A program made the translations under genes and the position numbers. The notes under the pieces were generated by a model that saw nothing but the letters and a program-made list of their open reading frames with translations, was not told the origin of the DNA and searched no databases. A stretch of DNA of 64,000 nucleotides, from assembly GCA_964597575.1 (NCBI GenBank), contig CAZQXB010000001.1, forward strand, positions 594,511 to 658,510, read 5' to 3'. Within the stretch, counting starts at the first letter, position 1, and every line of letters begins with the position of its first letter. This DNA is from an uncultured Gammaproteobacteria bacterium (GTDB taxonomy: Bacteria; Patescibacteriota; Patescibacteriia; Magasanikbacterales; UBA922). This document shows, one piece after another, positions 59,014 to 64,000 of the stretch.

Positions 59014-59677
59014 ATTCTTCAATTAACTTTCTCGCGTATGCACGACCAAAATATTTTATGACAACAAACCCGAAACATAGGTACAGACCGTAGCCGATCA
59101 AACAGATTACTCCAACGGTGCGCAGCAGACTCAATGGCTCGGAAAGAAAAATAAGAAGTAGTGACCCGAAAATTCCGCTCAAAGAAGCTCCCCAGAGGTT
59201 TCTGACGAATCCATACTCGATATTATGTTGAAGTACCAAGTAGCCATCTTTTACCTTCCCGATTATCACGCGGATGGAATCCTTGATTCGCTTACGCGCA
59301 TCTTTTTCGTTCTTGTGTTCGTCATCTGCGGTTGGCAGCTGAATTGATAAATCTCTTTTGACCGCCTGACGGATCTGGTCTTTAAACTCGCTCGAATATT
59401 CATCATCAGAGTACATAAGGAAGCTTGTTGTTGGAAAATAAAGTTGCTTCTTAAACAAAAAGTCCTCAAAAATTTTACTCGGTATGCGAACAAAATACTG
59501 GTTGAAGGTATAAAGTAGAATGGTTGACAGCCCAACATTTCCGACAGCAGAAGCGATTAAGGAATCAATATTCCAGATGTTGTTGAGGTAAAAATATTGA
59601 AAAACAAACCACGGAATAAGTCCGATGATAGTCGGAAAGATTCTCGCTATGAGGTTGTAAGTGGAGAATATTTTCAT
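59000..59677 (-). CDS. Hypothetical 4-TM membrane protein embedded in the R-M operon
   Basis: 225 aa with two N-terminal and two C-terminal TM helices around a charged cytoplasmic middle. The gap to the upstream gene is 2 nt, and it overlaps hsdS by 14 nt. Confidence 0.5.
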   Translation of the reverse strand: MKIFSTYNLIARIFPTIIGLIPWFVFQYFYLNNIWNIDSLIASAVGNVGLSTILLYTFNQYFVRIPSKIFEDFLFKKQLYFPTTSFLMYSDDEYSSEFKDQIRQAVKRDLSIQLPTADDEHKNEKDARKRIKDSIRVIIGKVKDGYLVLQHNIEYGFVRNLWGASLSGIFGSLLLIFLSEPLSLLRTVGVICLIGYGLYLCFGFVVIKYFGRAYARKLIEEYANH

Positions 59678-59679
59678 AT

Positions 59680-60534
59680 CTATACAGCGAGTGTGTCGTA
59701 TGAGCGAGTACCGTCCGCTCCAAATTCAATAAGAATATGCCCGTCACTACGGGTAGTGAGCACTTTTCTCGTACTTCCTCCAAAATTTACCCCGTCTCCT
59801 AATACATGACCTGCATATTTCTGTGCCATACCTCCTTGTGTGTCATACATTATGTCTTTATCGGAAATCACCACGACCTCTGGAAAGCAATTCTCGAAAA
59901 TTGATTCGTGATATCCATTATCCCTTCCGTGATGCGGGGCAATAAGTACATCTGTTGAAAGCATGTGCGTTTTCACCGCATCTTTTTGAAGAATCTTTTC
60001 CCAAGCCACTCGCTCTAAATCACCAGCGACACAGAGCTTTGATCCTCCAAACTCCACAAAGAGCATTTGACTAAGGTGATTCGTGTTAAGATCTCCATCC
60101 AAATCACTTTGTTCTAGGTGATAAGAATGGGTTGTGTACACAGGAGTGAAATCAACAGCGTTGCCCGTGTAAGTGTCTTTCAGATGGCACACATGTTGGA
60201 GCGCAAAAGTGATTTCATCCTTGTGATTCTTCAGTTCCTGACTAGTGATATTTTTTGGAAGTCGAGTAGTCCATATATCAACTTTCTTTCTTAGGTCTGG
60301 CAACCATGAAAAATGGTCATGGTCGTAGTTTGTGATAGTTAGGTTACCCAAACGAGGTTTTCCGTTTGCGTTCTTTGGAAGTATATTTTTTGAGACTATA
60401 AATTCCACCGGAGAGAATCCTTCGCTTTCACCACCGCAATCTATAAGTCGTGCATGGCTAGGTTGTTCATTAGGGAAAACCAATATAGATTGTGCCGCAC
60501 CAACATCAAACACCGCAATTTGTAATTTACTCAT
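59680..60534 (-). CDS. Metallo-beta-lactamase-fold hydrolase embedded in the R-M operon
   Basis: LIDCGG, NYDHDHF (HxHxDH-like), APHHG and ISDKD. Confidence 0.65.
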   Translation of the reverse strand: MSKLQIAVFDVGAAQSILVFPNEQPSHARLIDCGGESEGFSPVEFIVSKNILPKNANGKPRLGNLTITNYDHDHFSWLPDLRKKVDIWTTRLPKNITSQELKNHKDEITFALQHVCHLKDTYTGNAVDFTPVYTTHSYHLEQSDLDGDLNTNHLSQMLFVEFGGSKLCVAGDLERVAWEKILQKDAVKTHMLSTDVLIAPHHGRDNGYHESIFENCFPEVVVISDKDIMYDTQGGMAQKYAGHVLGDGVNFGGSTRKVLTTRSDGHILIEFGADGTRSYDTLAV

Positions 60535-60536
60535 AT

Positions 60537-62222
60537 TTAATATTTTAATTCTGATAAATAATTAGCGACCTTTTTATCAATTGCTTCGCGGGTTTTTTCA
60601 ATCTCCCTCACTTCACTCCACACCGTTTTTACATCCACCACCTCTTCATCTTCGCCATTTTCTACATAGCGACGTACGTTGAGATTGAACTCGTTTTCTT
60701 CGAGCTCCTTAATATCCACCACGCGAGCGTATTTTTCAATATCTCGGTAGCTTTCAAATGCTGACACCATTTTCTCGATATCCTTCTTGCGTAGGCGGTT
60801 TTGATTTTTTCCTTCCTCGTAATCTTGCTCGGCATCAATGATAAGGATTTTATCCTTATGATTCTCTGGCTTGTTTTTGTTGAATATCACAATTGCCGCC
60901 GGAATACCTGTACCATAGAAAAGTTTTGCAGGAAGAGCGATAATGGCTTCTATAAGATCGTTCTTGATAAGTTCCTCACGGATACGACCTTCGGCACCTC
61001 CACGGAAAAGCACGCCATGCGGAAGCACGATGCCGGCGCGGCCGTTTTCGTTCATTGACTTCACCATGTGGAGCACAAAAGCGTAGTCGGCTTTTTTTGC
61101 CGGAGGCATTTCGTAGCCCGCCACTCGTCCATGTTTGTCATTCTTGAATATCTCATACTCCCACTCGCTTATGGAGTAAGGCGGATTGGCAACACAAATA
61201 TCAAATGTCTTGAGCGAGCCGTCAGGATTGAGAAACTTTGGATCAGCAAGTGTATCTCCGCGTTGAATGTTGGCACTATCAAGTCCATGGAGGAACATGT
61301 TGATTTTCGCAATCGCGTATGTCCCGATGTTTATTTCCTGTCCGTAGAGGTAGAGTGAGCGAGCTTTCTTTTCTCCTGCGCTCAGTCTGAGATGGTGATA
61401 GGCCTCCAAGAGGAAACCACCCGAGCCGACCGCCATGTCGTAGATGTGGTCTTTCTCGTGGGGCTTAAGGATACTGACGATCACACGCTCAACTTCCCGC
61501 GGAGTATAAAATGATCCTCCTTTTTTTCCGGCGTCCGCGGCGAACTGCGCAATTAAATACTCGTAAGCATCGCCAAGTAAATCAGTGCTTATGTAATTGT
61601 CACCAAAATTATACTTAGAAAAATGATTGATTAACTTTTGCAGAACCTCGTTTGGAAATTTGTCTTTGTTGGCAAAATCAAGGTCATCAAAAATCTTGTC
61701 CAGCTTCGGACTGTTGGCATTGGTTAGCTTATCAAAAATTTCGTTGAGCTTGTGGCCGATACCTTCGGCTTGTTTTTGTATGACTTCCCATCGACATTCC
61801 TTTGGAACCTGAAACTTGTGATTGTGATCCGCCTTGGCTATTTCTTCATCATGATATTCCTCAAGAATTTTTTTGTATTCTTCGTCCCACACATCACTAA
61901 TTCGTTTATAGAAAAGAAGACCAAAAATATATTTTTTATAATCTGCACTATCTATTCTGTCGCGCAAAATATCTGCACTACTCCAAAGGAATTGCTTAAG
62001 CTGTGTTAGGTCCATTTTTCCTTCATCATCAGTCAGTGGCGCACCGAGATCTTTGACAATGCTTTTGTCATTAGCTATTTTTTCCAAATCTTCAGGACGA
62101 TATTTTCTGTCACCACGGGGACCAACACGCATAGGAGTAATCAAACCTTTTTTCTCCCAATTCCTCAATGTGTCTTTATCTAGACCAAAAATCTTTGCCA
62201 CCTCACTAATCGAAAGTAACAT
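60537..62222 (-). CDS. hsdM: Type I R-M N6-adenine DNA methyltransferase with N-terminal MerR/excisionase-type HTH fusion
   Basis: N-terminal ISEVAKIFGLDKDTLRNWEKKGLITP (HTH_17-like), then an HsdM_N-like helical region, the AdoMet motif DMAVGSGGFL and the catalytic NPPY (VANPPYS). Confidence 0.9.
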   Translation of the reverse strand: MLLSISEVAKIFGLDKDTLRNWEKKGLITPMRVGPRGDRKYRPEDLEKIANDKSIVKDLGAPLTDDEGKMDLTQLKQFLWSSADILRDRIDSADYKKYIFGLLFYKRISDVWDEEYKKILEEYHDEEIAKADHNHKFQVPKECRWEVIQKQAEGIGHKLNEIFDKLTNANSPKLDKIFDDLDFANKDKFPNEVLQKLINHFSKYNFGDNYISTDLLGDAYEYLIAQFAADAGKKGGSFYTPREVERVIVSILKPHEKDHIYDMAVGSGGFLLEAYHHLRLSAGEKKARSLYLYGQEINIGTYAIAKINMFLHGLDSANIQRGDTLADPKFLNPDGSLKTFDICVANPPYSISEWEYEIFKNDKHGRVAGYEMPPAKKADYAFVLHMVKSMNENGRAGIVLPHGVLFRGGAEGRIREELIKNDLIEAIIALPAKLFYGTGIPAAIVIFNKNKPENHKDKILIIDAEQDYEEGKNQNRLRKKDIEKMVSAFESYRDIEKYARVVDIKELEENEFNLNVRRYVENGEDEEVVDVKTVWSEVREIEKTREAIDKKVANYLSELKY

Positions 62223-62405
62223 ACTTTATATACTATCTTTTTAATATTTCATATGTTATCATAGGTTCATTGTTTCCGTCAAACTTTTTACAAAAATTCA
62301 TAAGTTTTCATAGGTTAGAGGGTTTTTACCTCTTGCCATCCTCCGCCCCACTGAGGTGGGAACCTTCCGGTTCCCAAACCCCTGTTCGAATCCACTCTAC
62401 CCAAA

Positions 62406-62443
62406 AATTATATAAGAGCACCATGAGGCGCTCTTATATAATT
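62406..62443. repeat. Palindromic element copy 2: aattatataagagc-accatgaggc-gctcttatataatt
   Basis: 14-bp perfect arms with the same ATAAGAGC core and CAAAAA / TTGCGG flanks as copy 1. Confidence 0.75.
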
Positions 62444-62950
62444 GCGGTGTGTATTGGACGAAGTTCGAATGTATTTCGGGAAAAATCCGCAGGATTTTGA
62501 CTGATTCGCACGCGCGGAGCGCGTGGTGGCTTTGACCCAAATCGTACGCTCCGATTGCCTGGTGAAGCGAACCAATGCGCCTCGGACACGCTCGCGGACT
62601 CGCGTGTGCAAAAGCCAAAAAAATTTCCTTGCATTTTTCTCGCGTCTCCTCCCCCCACCCCTCCGCCGCGAAGCGGAAAAAGAAATGGAAAGGAAATTTT
62701 TTGGTTTTGCTTCGCCGTTTCAGTCTCCAAAAAGAGCATCTCTATTTTATCACTTTTGATATGCTCTTTTCTCTGCCTTCACGGCGACCGAGGCGCACCT
62801 CCTATCCGCGTTCGGTGGTAACTCGGTACTCCGCGAACCACGCACAAGTGCCTACGCATAGCCCGCTCGCATTCGCTCGCGCTGGCTGCTTCGGCATTGT
62901 GCGTGTTCGCTCGGTGGCTTCGTTGGAGTAGGTGGTAACTCTAAAAAGAA

Positions 62951-62970
62951 GTTTGTGCTAAAGCACAAAC
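62951..62970 (-). terminator. Rho-independent terminator (gtttgtgc-taaa-gcacaaac, then U-tract on minus strand)
   Basis: A perfect 8-bp stem. The rc of 62941-62950 is TTCTTTTTAG. Confidence 0.55.
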
Positions 62971-63016
62971 AAATCTCTATGTGCTTGCCCCACCCACCCA
63001 GTGCGCGCACAGAAAA

Positions 63017-63036
63017 CCACCTGCTGACGCAGGTGG
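63017..63036 (-). terminator. Rho-independent terminator for the cupredoxin-like gene (ccacctgc-tgac-gcaggtgg, then TTTTCTGT)
   Basis: A perfect 8-bp stem 12 nt after the stop at 63049. The two terminators lie in tandem. Confidence 0.65.
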
Positions 63037-63048
63037 CTCCCTTGAAAA

Positions 63049-63450
63049 CTAACTCGATTTAATTTGAAAATTGTACATTCCCATTCCGCACACACCCTGT
63101 ATTTTTTCGCCAGATTTTGGAGTGCCAAGGTCAATCACTTCTTCGCCAGATGGTTGTAATATTTTTTGAAAACCTGTCGAGCGGATAACGAGTGATGCAG
63201 AGCAATCGTATGTGCCGTTTGTCTTTACAATAAGTTTTGTAGGTAGGTTCGGTTGTATAATCGATTGGCGTGGCGAGTACCCACCCTTCGCATCCACGGT
63301 GACATATTGCACACCGTCTTTTACTTCAACATTTTGAGATTGCGAGACAGCACCATTTTCGGAAGAAGTAGGTTTTTCAGACACAAAATACAGCGTTCCA
63401 CCAATGATAACGATGCTGATGATAATGGAAATGATTGTGTTCTTTTGCAT
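63049..63450 (-). CDS. Membrane-anchored cupredoxin-like (Cupredoxin_1-type) protein
   Basis: N-terminal TM, a beta-sandwich-like domain with Cys (YDCSASL) and C-terminal GVCGMGMY. Confidence 0.45.
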   Translation of the reverse strand: MQKNTIISIIISIVIIGGTLYFVSEKPTSSENGAVSQSQNVEVKDGVQYVTVDAKGGYSPRQSIIQPNLPTKLIVKTNGTYDCSASLVIRSTGFQKILQPSGEEVIDLGTPKSGEKIQGVCGMGMYNFQIKSS

Positions 63451-63468
63451 AGAGATTAACTAGTAAAA

Positions 63469-64000
63469 TTATACATTAAATAACGGGTTGATAATACCAA
63501 GCCCCGCAAGCCCAGCGAGAAGCGCAAAAATTCCAAGACCGATAACAACCACTCCCGCAGATTTGAAAAAGAGCGGAGCATATTTTGATTGAGCAATCGA
63601 AGCAGAGCCGAAAGATAGAAGTGCGAGCATTGGAAGCGTACCGAGCGCGAATGCGGTCATAATGAGTAGGCCCGACAAGAATGAACCGCTTGATAGAGCC
63701 GCAACCTGCATCGCCTGAGTGAAGCCACAAGGCAAGAAGAAAGTCCCGACACCGACAAGAAATGGAGCGATGGTTTTGTGTTCTACCTTACGGAAAAAGC
63801 TAAATACACCAGATGGCAAAGCAATCACGTTTTTCTTAAACAAACCTACGAGATTAAGCCCGAGCACGATCATCACGACGGATGCAAGGATTCCAAGTAT
63901 CGCCGTGAGGGTAAAACTTATGCCGATCGCGCTTCCAATGGTACCGAGCATCCCACCGAGCACCGCAAAACTCACTAATCGCCCTCCGTGGAAAAGCATC
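63469..64000 (-). CDS. Polytopic membrane protein (DsbD_2/CcdA-like), probably N-terminally truncated by the window end
   Basis: Multiple TM helices and FLPCGF. It is paired with a cupredoxin-like gene, as is often seen for DsbD_2 proteins. Confidence 0.45.
   Translation of the reverse strand, partial: MLFHGGRLVSFAVLGGMLGTIGSAIGISFTLTAILGILASVVMIVLGLNLVGLFKKNVIALPSGVFSFFRKVEHKTIAPFLVGVGTFFLPCGFTQAMQVAALSSGSFLSGLLIMTAFALGTLPMLALLSFGSASIAQSKYAPLFFKSAGVVVIGLGIFALLAGLAGLGIINPLFNV

Noticed and set aside
62380-62400. GTTCGAATCC 10-mer resembling a tRNA T-loop, as a possible tRNA/tmRNA 3' fragment or att site
   Set aside because: The flanking bases cannot form a T-stem or acceptor stem on either strand, there is no CCA, and no D or anticodon arm is upstream. 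A single 10-mer match is plausible by chance in 64 kb.
62575-62931. 118-aa plus-strand ORF and several 70-100-aa ORFs in the same region
   Set aside because: They have low-complexity K/R/P/S-rich translations, no start signals and mutually overlapping frames on both strands, which is typical of GC-rich non-coding DNA.
62446-63010. RNase P RNA, tmRNA, SRP RNA or 6S identity for the GC-rich ORF-free region
   Set aside because: I looked for P4 GGAAAGUCCGG, ACAGAAnCCGGCUUA, the tmRNA tag-ORF/ACCA end and the SRP GGAAGCAG-type motifs. Only a weak ACAGAAAACC resemblance was found. It is reported as an unclassified structured region instead.

Overview
This is a low-GC bacterial window in which host genes carry little or no Shine-Dalgarno signal; it looks like a small-genome, possibly CPR/Patescibacteria-like organism, which is an inference. 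Genes are dense and mostly on the minus strand. Housekeeping content is gltX (partial), a TrmH-family methyltransferase, a TagA/WecG glycosyltransferase, clpB, pyrG, era, gatCA, ligA, prepilin peptidase, a DUF368 membrane protein, bcp, mscL, a P-type ATPase, an AlkD-like repair protein, a Pif1-like helicase, a MerR/TipA regulator and an ABC/FtsX pair. A complete SUF Fe-S system (sufB, sufD, sufS, sufU, sufC, a DUF59 protein and two ferredoxins) is physically split by a 1141-aa secreted multidomain protein with its own terminator and promoter. A type I R-M island (DUF45-hsdR-fic-hsdS-4TM-MBL-hsdM) is bracketed by two copies of a ~38-bp palindromic element and carries an unusual MBL-fold plus 4-TM gene pair between hsdM and hsdS. 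The best novel-system candidate is a tightly coupled five-gene operon: an 838-aa hyper-acidic protein, a Clp-like AAA+ with a degenerate D1 Walker B, a 94-aa protein, a soluble TraD/VirD4-like P-loop ATPase and a META-domain protein. Three short GC-rich islands each carry a small gene, and two of these have strong SD sequences, suggesting foreign origin. A ~500-bp ORF-free, GC-rich, hairpin-dense region lies downstream of the R-M island. No rRNA, tRNA, CRISPR array, transposase or integrase was found.
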